From a virus, in IMG/VR virus record IMGVR_UViG_3300045988_154339: DNA of 59,570 bases. One strand, given 5' to 3'. Position 1 is the stretch's first letter, and every line of letters starts with the position of its first letter. Both the position numbers and the translations under genes were made by a program. Shown in pieces: positions 34,982 through 44,479 of this stretch. The notes beneath the pieces were generated by a model, which worked only from the letters and a program-made list of their open reading frames with translations, was not told the DNA's origin and searched no databases.

Positions 34982-36993
34982 TACGTGATGCCTCCATAAT
35001 ACTTTAATGCGACACGCATGCATGCGACGAAACCATCTTTTGTCGTTTGATAGCGAACGTTTTCATCTTTCGATTTTGCGAATTTGAAGCTCTCGATATC
35101 GACTTTTGTAGAAACGCAATGCTTGTCGACTAACACTGACTTGTTCGAAAACGCCAAGTTCAATTGAGCAACACTCTTGTCAAAGTCTTCAATCTCGTAT
35201 CGTTCGACAGTCACAGACTTCTGATACATGCCTGAGAGCGCAGGTGTTGCAGAACAATCGATGAACACGCTCTTTTTAGGGGCGAACGCTTTGAGTTGAT
35301 TGAGTCCTTCTTCAAGCGATGCCTTGAACATAATCTCTCGAGAAACGATGAGCTTTGTCTTCTCGGCGTACTTGACTTTGATTTCGTGAGCCTTCCAAAG
35401 GTCTCCCTCTTTGTTGAAGAATATCGTCGAGTATTTGCTGTCGTAAGAGTCCGCGTCGACGACATTTTCATCGTTGAACGAACGTCCATATACCATATTG
35501 CGACGGTCCATAAACACAAACAACACCAGCATCGAGAATGCGTCCACGATGTCATCGTGTTCGACAAACGGGAAGTTGAGCAATCGTTGTTTGAGATTTC
35601 GCAAAGCAGGCGAGAGCTCCCATTGTTGAGTGAGCTTGTTGAAGACCGTACGAACAAAGACGACGTTTCCGGATACCATATAGAGCGATGCAGACTCAAG
35701 TCGTTGAAACTTAGAAGCCGTTCCAGGTTGAAACGCTTGCATTCCTGCGACAGTGTCTTGAAGCTGTTGCAAAATCGGCGAACCGTTTGCTTTGTCTTCT
35801 ATCACTTGTATTGTGCCAGGGAAGACGTTGTCGATTTGCTCGACGTATTCGACTCCCTTTGTGAAGCCCATTCGTTTCTCTAAGCAATCTGTGATGTAGA
35901 GCGTTCCACGAACTCGATACCCAAGACACGACCCTAAGAAGTCAGACGTATCTTTGTCTTTCACAGGGAAGTCGTGTGATGCGAATGTGATTTCGGCATT
36001 CTCAACACCAGGCGTGTCGGGCATGTCCTTTTCGATAATCATGTCCGGCTTAATTGCAGTCTTATCGGACGCAATCGGGTTTTGCAAGTACTGAGTCTCG
36101 AAAATCGTTTCACCAACATCGGCTCTCAATGACTCGTAATTGCCAAAACGTTCAGGCCACAAGAAGTCACCTTTTTTGAGTCGTTTTATTTGACCCGAGA
36201 TGGGAAACACGATTATTGTTTCGTGCTGGAAAATTGCAGGCAGCGTAATGAACACGTAACGAGCCGCAAGCTTAGGCTCGTTCATGATGTGACCCGCAAT
36301 GTCGTTTGGCGCGAGTCTTTGCTGAATGTTCATGATGATGCACTTGTTGATGTCGTTGATACGAGAAGGCATTGTATTTTGGTAATACGCCCAGGCATTA
36401 CTCATCTCAGCTTGGTCTTTACGAGCTGTTTCTGCGTTCGTCAAGTCGTCGTTGATGATGATGTCGCCGCCGTAACCGGTAAATGCGTTTCTGTTCATCG
36501 AATACATCTCAGCGCCTCGATTATCGACGAGCTGTCCTTTCGCATTTGTTACGAGCTCAATCTCAGGAAAGAGCTCACGAAACTCTGCAGAGTTGAGAAT
36601 TCGATGTCGCTTAGTGTTCATCTGTGTTGCAAGTCCGCCAGTGTGTGAAACAGATGCAGCTTTGATTGGAGCGGAAAGCCATAACCACGTCGGACCGAAG
36701 ACGTTGAAAATCATCGATTTCGTGTGTCTCGGAGGGACCATCAAACATAAATTTTGCTTGTTTTGACGAACATCTAATATGTTAACGTCCGGTCCGACTT
36801 CAGGTATGACGATTTTTGGAGCATCGTAACCGACCCAACCTTTGCACATATACTGAAACACTTCGCAATAATACTGAATAAGCCAACCATCAACGAATTT
36901 TGATGGGTCTGCAACATGCCAGAAAGCTTTCACAAACTCGTAAAAGCTTTTGCGATATAGCGTTCTTCGCAATGCTTTTTCAATCAGGTCCAT
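34981..36993 (-). CDS. terL: Terminase large subunit
   Basis: 670 aa. ATPase region (PPRHTKS.., DIIINDDLTN). C-terminal nuclease motif FVEHDDIVDAFSM. Confidence 0.85.
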   Translation of the reverse strand: MDLIEKALRRTLYRKSFYEFVKAFWHVADPSKFVDGWLIQYYCEVFQYMCKGWVGYDAPKIVIPEVGPDVNILDVRQNKQNLCLMVPPRHTKSMIFNVFGPTWLWLSAPIKAASVSHTGGLATQMNTKRHRILNSAEFRELFPEIELVTNAKGQLVDNRGAEMYSMNRNAFTGYGGDIIINDDLTNAETARKDQAEMSNAWAYYQNTMPSRINDINKCIIMNIQQRLAPNDIAGHIMNEPKLAARYVFITLPAIFQHETIIVFPISGQIKRLKKGDFLWPERFGNYESLRADVGETIFETQYLQNPIASDKTAIKPDMIIEKDMPDTPGVENAEITFASHDFPVKDKDTSDFLGSCLGYRVRGTLYITDCLEKRMGFTKGVEYVEQIDNVFPGTIQVIEDKANGSPILQQLQDTVAGMQAFQPGTASKFQRLESASLYMVSGNVVFVRTVFNKLTQQWELSPALRNLKQRLLNFPFVEHDDIVDAFSMLVLFVFMDRRNMVYGRSFNDENVVDADSYDSKYSTIFFNKEGDLWKAHEIKVKYAEKTKLIVSREIMFKASLEEGLNQLKAFAPKKSVFIDCSATPALSGMYQKSVTVERYEIEDFDKSVAQLNLAFSNKSVLVDKHCVSTKVDIESFKFAKSKDENVRYQTTKDGFVACMRVALKYYGGIT

Positions 36994-37002
36994 ACTTATG
37001 CC

Positions 37003-37371
37003 TTAATCTTTCTTCTTGAATTCAATGACTTTGCCGTCTTCTGCAGGTTCTTCAGGCATGTTCGTGCCGAAAATACCGAATGCTCTGCAAAGCGTCGACA
37101 CAACACTTGCAACATGAGCGTTCGACTGACACTCTTTAATGACGTCGCGCAACATTGCGTGCCGCTCTTCGAGCTGAGCTCTCTGATTGAGGGTGTTATC
37201 GATGTCGTTCTTGAGCGAATGCGTGAAGCCTTCAAACTTCTTTGCTTTGTCGCTCTCGTTAACGAGCTCGATGAGTTCGTTCTGTTCTGCTGTGACCTTG
37301 TCGATATGAGAGAGTGTTCTCTCCATTTCGTCCGCGGTCTCGATGAGCATGAATGTGAGGTCTTTTTCCAT
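37003..37371 (-). CDS. Hypothetical coiled-coil protein upstream of terL
   Basis: 122 aa, AAAGGAGAA RBS. Confidence 0.5.
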   Translation of the reverse strand: MEKDLTFMLIETADEMERTLSHIDKVTAEQNELIELVNESDKAKKFEGFTHSLKNDIDNTLNQRAQLEERHAMLRDVIKECQSNAHVASVVSTLCRAFGIFGTNMPEEPAEDGKVIEFKKKD

Positions 37372-37411
37372 TTTGGGTTCTCCTTTTGATATAATTTACT
37401 TATGAATAAAC

Positions 37412-37506
37412 GAGGTTCAGATTTGACTTCTGAGACACTTTGCTGCTTTTATTATTATTCCTATTAAAAGACTTGCAAAGTATCTCTGAGTTAATCTGGT
37501 GAACTC
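37412..37506. repeat. Long-hairpin intergenic element, copy F (tip inverted; shares 3' flank with copy C)
   Basis: GAGGTTCAGATTTGACTTCTGAGACACTT..TTATTATTCCTATTAAAAG..AAGTATCTCTGAGTTAATCTGGTGAACTC. The flank CAACGATTGATTGG lies at 37514-37527. Confidence 0.85.
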
Positions 37507-37541
37507 GTTTTATCAACGATTGATTGGTATGTAAACGAAAC

Positions 37542-38072
37542 TTACGTTTTGACATTCTTTTTGTTCTCGTAGTATCTTTTTCTTGCTTCACTCATTTTTC
37601 GTTTTGTTTCTTCGCTATGATGCGTACCCGCACGATTATTTGAGTTATACACGCCTTTCATACGTTTACTACGAGCTTCACATACTTTGGCATCAAGCGT
37701 CCAATGTTGACCGATGGGTCCTTTGTTGCCGATCGCACGTTTACGTTGACTTTCTTTATTTTGTTCTGTATTAGGACCTTGATATTTGTACGCTTCATTT
37801 TGTTTATGCGTACACCATTCAAGATTATCCGCCGCTGCATTCTTTTGATTGCAATCTTTATGATTGACTTCAGGTAAATTGTTCAGGTTTGGAATAAATG
37901 CAATTGCTACAAGCCTGTGTACAAGCCACTTTTTATAACACGGATATGCAACAGCATGTCCTCGATACGTAAACGTAGGTTCAATTATTTCGTGTGTCAA
38001 TGCGTTACGAAGTCTACCAAAATTTGAAACTTCGACGTTCTTTGCTATACTTGATGCCCAACATTCTGTCAT
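37542..38072 (-). CDS. HNH homing endonuclease with NUMOD-like C-terminal repeats
   Basis: EVNHKDCNQKNAAADNLEWCTHKQN (HNH). C-terminal GTHHSEETKRKMSEARK repeat. Lower GC than its neighbours. Confidence 0.8.
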   Translation of the reverse strand: MTECWASSIAKNVEVSNFGRLRNALTHEIIEPTFTYRGHAVAYPCYKKWLVHRLVAIAFIPNLNNLPEVNHKDCNQKNAAADNLEWCTHKQNEAYKYQGPNTEQNKESQRKRAIGNKGPIGQHWTLDAKVCEARSKRMKGVYNSNNRAGTHHSEETKRKMSEARKRYYENKKNVKT

Positions 38073-38890
38073 AACTTACCTCGTTTAAGTGCTTCAATTA
38101 ACTCGTTCTTTTTCATTGTGATAATTTTGTGAACACGATAATCATAAACAGAATACGAATATTTTGTCAAATCATCAATATCTACTATGGGTTGAGGTGA
38201 GCAGCGACAGTTCGGGTATTCACCCGCTCCTCCTACCATTCCGTCGAGCTCAGGTTTTGCGTGCTTCCAGAATACAATGACACCATTCATCTCTCTATGC
38301 GACTTACGTGTTCGCCTATCGTTCGATGCGAGCCAGATATACGCAACACTGCCGAGCTGTGTTGAGCGTTCTTCGAGAATTGCCGTTTGCAGCTTCGCAG
38401 TTTCAGTTCGAGCAATAAGAGCTGCGTTTTTGTGACCGTGCTTTTCGAGTTGCATTCTGAATGAGCGACGACCAATCGAGCCTTTTGCGACTTGTTCGAT
38501 AAGCGTCGAAGTGTATTTATGCTCGAGCACTTCAAGAAACTTGCTCGGTATCGATTTTATCATCGTGAAGTTGTGCTTTATCGCAGCGGTCATGTTGTTG
38601 TACTCATACTCTGTGAAAGATGTTTTGAGCGAGATGTGACCGCTTGCTCGAGCAGCTTCATAATACTTGCGCCAAACGCCTTTCGTTCCCGACAAACCTT
38701 GCTTGGCGAGCTCCTTCGAAAATTTCGCAGCAAAATCGTCGAATTGCTTCGACGATTGCAACTGCAACACTTTCTTCTTTACAGGCTTTCTGTCACCTCT
38801 CGAAAGAGATGCGAGCGTAGTGTTGGTGAAACACTTTTTGAAGAGCGTCCAGTAAATTTTGTTGATTTTGCGTTCGACTGCTTTTGTCAT
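38069..38890 (-). CDS. Phage Mu F / SPP1 gp7-like minor head protein
   Basis: ARTETAKLQ ... DRRTRKSHREMNG ... YPNCRCSPQPI. Confidence 0.75.
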   Translation of the reverse strand: MTKAVERKINKIYWTLFKKCFTNTTLASLSRGDRKPVKKKVLQLQSSKQFDDFAAKFSKELAKQGLSGTKGVWRKYYEAARASGHISLKTSFTEYEYNNMTAAIKHNFTMIKSIPSKFLEVLEHKYTSTLIEQVAKGSIGRRSFRMQLEKHGHKNAALIARTETAKLQTAILEERSTQLGSVAYIWLASNDRRTRKSHREMNGVIVFWKHAKPELDGMVGGAGEYPNCRCSPQPIVDIDDLTKYSYSVYDYRVHKIITMKKNELIEALKRGKL

Positions 38891-40680
38891 AGTATTTTCT
38901 TCACCTGCTTCATTTCGATAAACTCCTGTATGCGTTGATACGAACGACGAACGTAATAGTCATAGTCGATGTGCTGCATCGCCGCATTTACAGCAGACTC
39001 GGACAAAATCTCCGTATTGTGAACGAACACGTTGTCCGGAACATTTTGCAATGTACTTTTCGGAGCTCGACTGTCGGGTTTGTGCTTGTATATCGTCCAA
39101 CGAACGTCGGGATTGTTGTATGCGAATGCTCGACACACGCTTCCAAGACGTTCGACCGTCATCTCATTTGTGCACAAATCGAGCTTTTCGATATCAATCC
39201 AATCGTACGTGTTTTTCTTGCAAATGAACTGAAACATACGAAGCTGACGTTTGTGCATTTCGATGGTCTCTTCGGGCAAACGATTGTTCATGAAGTAGTC
39301 AACAACTGCATGCTCGATGATAATCGGCTCTTTCGCACGATACGAGTCTTCATAGAACGGGTTCTCCCAAGCGTCGTAATGCTTGAAGACTTCGCCCAAT
39401 GTTTTGATTTTGCCGTCCTCTGTGCGATACACGTAATTGTTGACGTCTCGCTGATGAATGTCGTAAACTTTCTCAAGCTTCAACACAAAGCCCGTTCTGT
39501 TTTGCCACTCATCGATGATGGCTCGCATTTCGGCTTCCTCAACACCAGGCAGCGCTTTCGCAATGATGCCGTCTGTGTTGCTCTGAATGATTGTCGCCTT
39601 TCCGTCAAGCTTTTCGAGCAAGTCGACTAAGAACATTTGGCCGACCATTGTAACAAGCGTTCCTCTATTCGGGTCGTAGAACTTGCACCATTGATTTGTC
39701 ATTGCGCCGAACACCGAGAGCAAAATCACCTTGTACACCCAACGTTTATTCGGGTCTGTCTTTTTGAGCTTGAGTTGTTCGTGATACATGTACGTGTAGA
39801 ACTCTTTGTACTCGTCAGGTATCGAACGAGGAAGCAAATCGTAGTTTATCATCACGAGATTGTAATACCCAGAAACGTCGAAGTAATACGCCCAATCTGT
39901 GTGATACTTTTTGAGTGCTCCGTGAATGCCACCTGCACCAAGCTTATGTGGCGTTCCGCAAATGTCGAGCGCTAAGTTCTTGCCCTTACGAAAATCTTCG
40001 TTTAAGTAAAAGTCCAACACTTGCTGATTTTTCACCTGAAGTGTCGGATAGACTGTCGGAGGAACGTACCAATCTTCGATGCCGTCAATCTTTTCAGCAT
40101 GAAGAACCATCTCTGCAACTTGCGTCCCTGTTGCATGCAATGCATCAAGCGGAAGTTTGAACTCGTTGATGATGTCAAGTCTCAACGTAAACTCCGACAA
40201 AGTGTTGTAGAAGTCGTCGAGCGTTTGGTCAAGGTCGTCTCTGTTATACGACTCAGTCTTAGCTCTCTCTTCAGCCGTCAAAAGTCGAGGTGTATTGAAG
40301 TCGACTTCGGACGTCGAGATGTCCTTACCGACAGCACACTCAACCGTTTTTAAGCCAATCATGTGCTGAGACATTAAGTCATACCAATGCAACGTGATAT
40401 CGAGATACGACTTACGAGAATGTTGAATGAGCTCATCAGACTTCTTTTTGATGGCGGGCGAACTACGTCCGCGAACAACTTCTTGCAAGATGTAGTTGTC
40501 GTAAAACGCATTGTTGTGACCGACCCAGATGCTTTGCTTATTTGCTTCGTAAAACTTAATCATCTCTGCTAAATTCCACGTTTGAAACACCTCAGCATCA
40601 TCGTCTCTCAAAACGATTGCTCCAAGAAGCGTATCGAATTTGAAGACCTCAAAGTCGAAAATGACAATGTTTCGTCTCAT
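38887..40680 (-). CDS. Family B DNA polymerase
   Basis: Exo I FDFEVF, Exo II NNAFYDNYIL, motif A YFDVSGYYN, motif B KVILLSVFGA, motif C SNTDGI. Confidence 0.75.
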   Translation of the reverse strand: MRRNIVIFDFEVFKFDTLLGAIVLRDDDAEVFQTWNLAEMIKFYEANKQSIWVGHNNAFYDNYILQEVVRGRSSPAIKKKSDELIQHSRKSYLDITLHWYDLMSQHMIGLKTVECAVGKDISTSEVDFNTPRLLTAEERAKTESYNRDDLDQTLDDFYNTLSEFTLRLDIINEFKLPLDALHATGTQVAEMVLHAEKIDGIEDWYVPPTVYPTLQVKNQQVLDFYLNEDFRKGKNLALDICGTPHKLGAGGIHGALKKYHTDWAYYFDVSGYYNLVMINYDLLPRSIPDEYKEFYTYMYHEQLKLKKTDPNKRWVYKVILLSVFGAMTNQWCKFYDPNRGTLVTMVGQMFLVDLLEKLDGKATIIQSNTDGIIAKALPGVEEAEMRAIIDEWQNRTGFVLKLEKVYDIHQRDVNNYVYRTEDGKIKTLGEVFKHYDAWENPFYEDSYRAKEPIIIEHAVVDYFMNNRLPEETIEMHKRQLRMFQFICKKNTYDWIDIEKLDLCTNEMTVERLGSVCRAFAYNNPDVRWTIYKHKPDSRAPKSTLQNVPDNVFVHNTEILSESAVNAAMQHIDYDYYVRRSYQRIQEFIEMKQVKKIL

Positions 40681-41090
40681 ACTCCACTACTCCCAAGTCC
40701 ATCGTTTCCACGTTCTGTTTGCTCAAAATTCTCAACCAGCTCAACACGTGCATTGAGTGCGTTGAACATCACAAGCGAACACAAACGCTGTTCACGCTCG
40801 ATGTGTTGTGTCTTGTTCGAGCAGTTTGTCACGATAATATGAAATTCACCCGTATAATCGGGGTCGATTATCGATGTCTGAATGACAAGTCCTTTTGCCG
40901 CAATCGAAGAACGAGGTACGAGCATTCCGGCAAAACCTTCAGGAATTGCAACGCCCAAGCCAAGCCCAATTGTTTTTGTTTCGAGCGGCTCAATGTCAAA
41001 CGCCTCAGGCATAAACAAATCTAAACCTACGTCAGGTAAATGCGACTTTGCCGGAGTCTTGACGTCCTCTCTAAATTTTTTGAACTTCAT
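40677..41090 (-). CDS. dut: dUTPase
   Basis: GLDLF, PRSS, IDPDYTGE, RGNDGLGSSG motifs. Confidence 0.9.
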   Translation of the reverse strand: MKFKKFREDVKTPAKSHLPDVGLDLFMPEAFDIEPLETKTIGLGLGVAIPEGFAGMLVPRSSIAAKGLVIQTSIIDPDYTGEFHIIVTNCSNKTQHIEREQRLCSLVMFNALNARVELVENFEQTERGNDGLGSSGV

Positions 41091-41119
41091 AGTCAGTTCT
41101 CCTTACTTATCTTATATTC

Positions 41120-41148
41120 ATTATATCACAAATTGTTCGAAAAGTAAA
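41120..41148 (-). promoter_or_regulatory. Promoter cassette P6 (minus strand)
   Basis: TTTACT (41143-41148), 17 nt, TGTGATATAAT (-10 at 41120-41125). Confidence 0.75.
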
Positions 41149-41182
41149 CTACTTTAAGCCACTTTTCGAACAATTTTGCAAA

Positions 41183-42034
41183 TTATTTTATGAGATACTC
41201 GAACTCTTCTTTTGTAAGCCCATCGTATTCTTCGTATGATGTGAACGGGTCGACGTAACCTCGATGACAGTTGTTGACTTTTTGAGGTGTTTCCCATGAC
41301 CCGCCATACCAAGTGCTCAACACTTGCTCCATCATGTACGGCACAGGCACCATCATGCCTTCAAACGGCATTGCAGCTGTCTTTTCGTACCACGACTTTT
41401 TCAAGATGATGAGCTCTCGGTCGTATCGCCAAAACGCCATATTTGCGATGTGTTCAGAGTGTTCGTTTCGTTCATGAACGTCTTTCAAAACCGAATTGAG
41501 CATGTCCCAGTAATAGCCGGGAATTCGAGGTTCGACGTCCTGTCCCGTATGCTTTGCGACAGTCTTGATGAAACCTGCGACATCTTCACGAACTTGTAAC
41601 AACTCAGGCGCATTGTCAAGCGGAAAGATGTCGAGAAACATGCCTTTGTTGTGCGAGCCTCGATACTCACGTTCTGTCAATGCCGTCGTGAATTTGTCAC
41701 GAAGTTTTGCATGAACTTCAAAGCAGTTATCAGTTCTCGCAGTCTGAAAGAAGTAAGCCGCGCCAAAGATTTGCGGGTCTCGTTCTGCGATGTTGAGCAA
41801 TCTTGTGTAGTCTTCACGAGGCATTGTAACGTCAACGTCGTCGTCCCACGGTATCATGTGACCGTCTCGAACTGTTCCGAGCAATGTTCCGCCGTCGACC
41901 CACCATTTGAGATTGTACTTTGCACAAACTTCTGCGAACGCTTTGAGCAATCCCACACAAACTTGTTTGACTTGCTCAAGTCGCATTTCAACGGGCATCC
42001 GTTTTTTGAGTAACTCAATCTTCTGTCGTATCAT
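41183..42034 (-). CDS. licD: LicD-family phosphotransferase (phosphocholine transferase-like)
   Basis: WWVDGGTLLGTVRDGHMIPWDDDVDVTMPREDY is the LicD signature. Confidence 0.75.
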   Translation of the reverse strand: MIRQKIELLKKRMPVEMRLEQVKQVCVGLLKAFAEVCAKYNLKWWVDGGTLLGTVRDGHMIPWDDDVDVTMPREDYTRLLNIAERDPQIFGAAYFFQTARTDNCFEVHAKLRDKFTTALTEREYRGSHNKGMFLDIFPLDNAPELLQVREDVAGFIKTVAKHTGQDVEPRIPGYYWDMLNSVLKDVHERNEHSEHIANMAFWRYDRELIILKKSWYEKTAAMPFEGMMVPVPYMMEQVLSTWYGGSWETPQKVNNCHRGYVDPFTSYEEYDGLTKEEFEYLIK

Positions 42035-43598
42035 TTTCGGCCTCCTCGTCTATGTTGAGTTTTGCGTTATGTCGTTTTAATTCAATAAAGAACGAAATCA
42101 CGATGCATATCATAATGAACGTTAGCAAAAACGCACCGATTATCGCCATTGATTGAAGCAAATGATTTGTGCCATCTAAGAATATGAGCGCAATCGGCAA
42201 CACTAAGAATAACAGCGCCCAGTAAATCTTTACTGGCTTTGACGGCGATGCGTCAATGTCAAGCTTTTTGTACGAGAATGAACTCACAACATCTGTCAAA
42301 GCATCGAATGTCGAAGCGTAAAGCCCGAACATTGTGAGCAGGAGCAAAGGAAGTGCGATGTACCAGAAGCCCGAACCTTTCGAACAAATCAACTCGATGA
42401 TGCATTGTGCAGGTGACGCGCCCGAAGCAATCATTCCTGCAAAGTCAAAACCCGATGCTTGAGCACTCATTCCGAAACCACCGAAAATCGTAAAGCTTGC
42501 AAACGTTCCGAGCAAACCTGCTGTACCGCCTTGTAATAACACTTGCTTGATTGTGCGACCTTTCGAGATTTTCGCAATGAAAAATGGAGTCGCAACGCAC
42601 CAAGCAATCCAGTACGCCCAGTAGAATACCGTCCAGTCTTGCACAAATCCACCCGATACACGAGCAGGGTCTGTCCAAGTTGCCATGCTGAAGAAGTTTA
42701 TGAACATGTTTCCGATGCCCTGAATGCCATTCTCAAGAATGAACAACGGGTTGCCCATAATGAAGAACAACGCCAAGAGTAATGAGAACAAAATCGTTGT
42801 TATCTTTGCGACAATCGAGATGCCTTTATGCCCGACCAACACTGCGGCTGTGTAGATGATTGCGATGATGCAAAGTATTACGACTGAGATTACTGGCGAT
42901 GATGCAATGCCGAAAAGTTTGCAAACAATAGCAGTCATAAGTGGTGTTGTTACACTAAACGTCGTCGATGTTCCAAGCAACAGTCCAACTACCGCTATAA
43001 CGTTTGTTGTTGATTTGAGTCCGTTTGCAAGTTTCGGTCGACCTGTTTTTTCGAAAATCGGAAGACACATTTGACCCATGCCCTGTGCATCACGTTTTTT
43101 GCGAGTGAAGAACATAAATGCGTATATAACAGCCAACACAAGATAGAACGCCCAAGGAATGAGTCCCCAATGAAAATACGTGTAAGTCGATGAGTTGAGC
43201 ATCTGGTCTGTCGAACCGGCACCTGTAAGTGCGTTGTTTGAGTTGAAGTAATACGTCCACTCATGCATTGCATAGAACAAAATGTCCGCAGCCATAGTCG
43301 ATGTAAAAATCAGAATGCCGTACGTTCCGAGCTTCATCGGTTTGTCTGTCTCTTTACCGAGACGAATTTTGCCGACCTTTGAGAATGCGAGATAGAGTAA
43401 AAGCAAAAATGCAGCAAGCCCGAACAGCAAATAGTACCAGCCAAACTTGTCGCCGATAAATGTACGAACTGCCATAATGATAGTCTCAGCTTGTGTTGCA
43501 AAGATTGTGATGAGCACACCCAATGTAATTACGATTATTGCCGGAATGAACAAGATTGTCTTGTCAAACTTGGCGAGTCGTTCACGAATTTTTTTCAT
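42015..43598 (-). CDS. BCCT-family (betaine/carnitine/choline) transporter
   Basis: ORF 42015..43826. The ATG at 43598 lies 6 nt after AAGGAGA. About 12 TM helices. BCCT signature WTVFYWAYWIAWCVATPFFIAKISKGRTIKQ. Confidence 0.8.
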   Translation of the reverse strand: MKKIRERLAKFDKTILFIPAIIVITLGVLITIFATQAETIIMAVRTFIGDKFGWYYLLFGLAAFLLLLYLAFSKVGKIRLGKETDKPMKLGTYGILIFTSTMAADILFYAMHEWTYYFNSNNALTGAGSTDQMLNSSTYTYFHWGLIPWAFYLVLAVIYAFMFFTRKKRDAQGMGQMCLPIFEKTGRPKLANGLKSTTNVIAVVGLLLGTSTTFSVTTPLMTAIVCKLFGIASSPVISVVILCIIAIIYTAAVLVGHKGISIVAKITTILFSLLLALFFIMGNPLFILENGIQGIGNMFINFFSMATWTDPARVSGGFVQDWTVFYWAYWIAWCVATPFFIAKISKGRTIKQVLLQGGTAGLLGTFASFTIFGGFGMSAQASGFDFAGMIASGASPAQCIIELICSKGSGFWYIALPLLLLTMFGLYASTFDALTDVVSSFSYKKLDIDASPSKPVKIYWALLFLVLPIALIFLDGTNHLLQSMAIIGAFLLTFIMICIVISFFIELKRHNAKLNIDEEAENDTTED

Positions 43599-44337
43599 TG
43601 TCATTCTCCTTATTTGCTTGCTTATAGTCAAGCACTGTGTCGATTTCAAGCAATGCAGGTTTGTCTGCAACGTATGCACAAAGGTCGAATTTATCGTCAT
43701 ACAACACACAAGGTATGTTGTCAATGTAACATTGCATATTCTTACCGTCTTTTGTCGCTTCCTTTGCGAGTTCATAAAGTTTTGCCATGTCCATAGGCGT
43801 CCAGAACGATAATGAACGTAAGACATAACCAGATTTGTACGAACCGTCTGTTATGACACGATGAATTTTACGTCTTGCTGCGCCAGAGATATTTGCGACC
43901 CACTCTTTTGCGCAACATTCAGCGTCTTCGCAATATTCGAGATAATACCCAGAACGTTCGATTTTCGTTTCGATTACACTGTCATCTTCGATGTATAAGT
44001 CTGCATCGAGCATAACTGTGCCATACGACTTTGAACAACGAGAAAGTCCTTCATAGCCCTTAATGAACGAGATGATGTTGTTCGTACAAAACCACTTCTT
44101 GTTGTACACAAGCGTGACGCCGTACTTTTCGTTCAGATAATCGAACATCCAGTACTTGTAGCCTGTAACGACATAAATATCGTCGATGCCTTTAGCCTGA
44201 AGCTGTTCGATAAGACGTTCAATCAACACTTCGCCTCGTACTTTGCACAAAGGCTTGGGTTGTTCGTCAGTCAGGTTTTCAAGTCGTTTACCACGACCTG
44301 CCGCAAGAATTATTGCGGACTTGATTTCATGTACCAT
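43582..44337 (-). CDS. licC: LicC-like nucleotidyltransferase (CTP:phosphocholine cytidylyltransferase-like)
   Basis: N-terminal AIILAAGRGKRL...QPKPL loop. 251 aa. Confidence 0.75.
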   Translation of the reverse strand: MVHEIKSAIILAAGRGKRLENLTDEQPKPLCKVRGEVLIERLIEQLQAKGIDDIYVVTGYKYWMFDYLNEKYGVTLVYNKKWFCTNNIISFIKGYEGLSRCSKSYGTVMLDADLYIEDDSVIETKIERSGYYLEYCEDAECCAKEWVANISGAARRKIHRVITDGSYKSGYVLRSLSFWTPMDMAKLYELAKEATKDGKNMQCYIDNIPCVLYDDKFDLCAYVADKPALLEIDTVLDYKQANKENDNEKNS

Positions 44338-44367
44338 TTAAGGTCCTCCTTACTTTATCTTAGTTCT

Positions 44368-44396
44368 ATTATATCACAATTTTTCTCAAAAGTAAA
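44368..44396 (-). promoter_or_regulatory. Promoter cassette P5 (minus strand), drives licC-BCCT-licD
   Basis: TTTACT (44391-44396), 17 nt, TGTGATATAAT (-10 at 44368-44373). Confidence 0.75.
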
Positions 44397-44450
44397 CTAC
44401 TTTGATACAACTTTTCAAAAATATTTTCAAGAACTTGAATGAAGAGATAG

Positions 44451-44472
44451 CAAAAGCCCGAGCTTATCGGGC
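44451..44472 (-). terminator. Rho-independent terminator after the kinase gene
   Basis: GCCCGA-GCTTA-TCGGGC, followed on the minus strand by TTTTGC. Confidence 0.6.
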
Positions 44473-44479
44473 AATTGCA

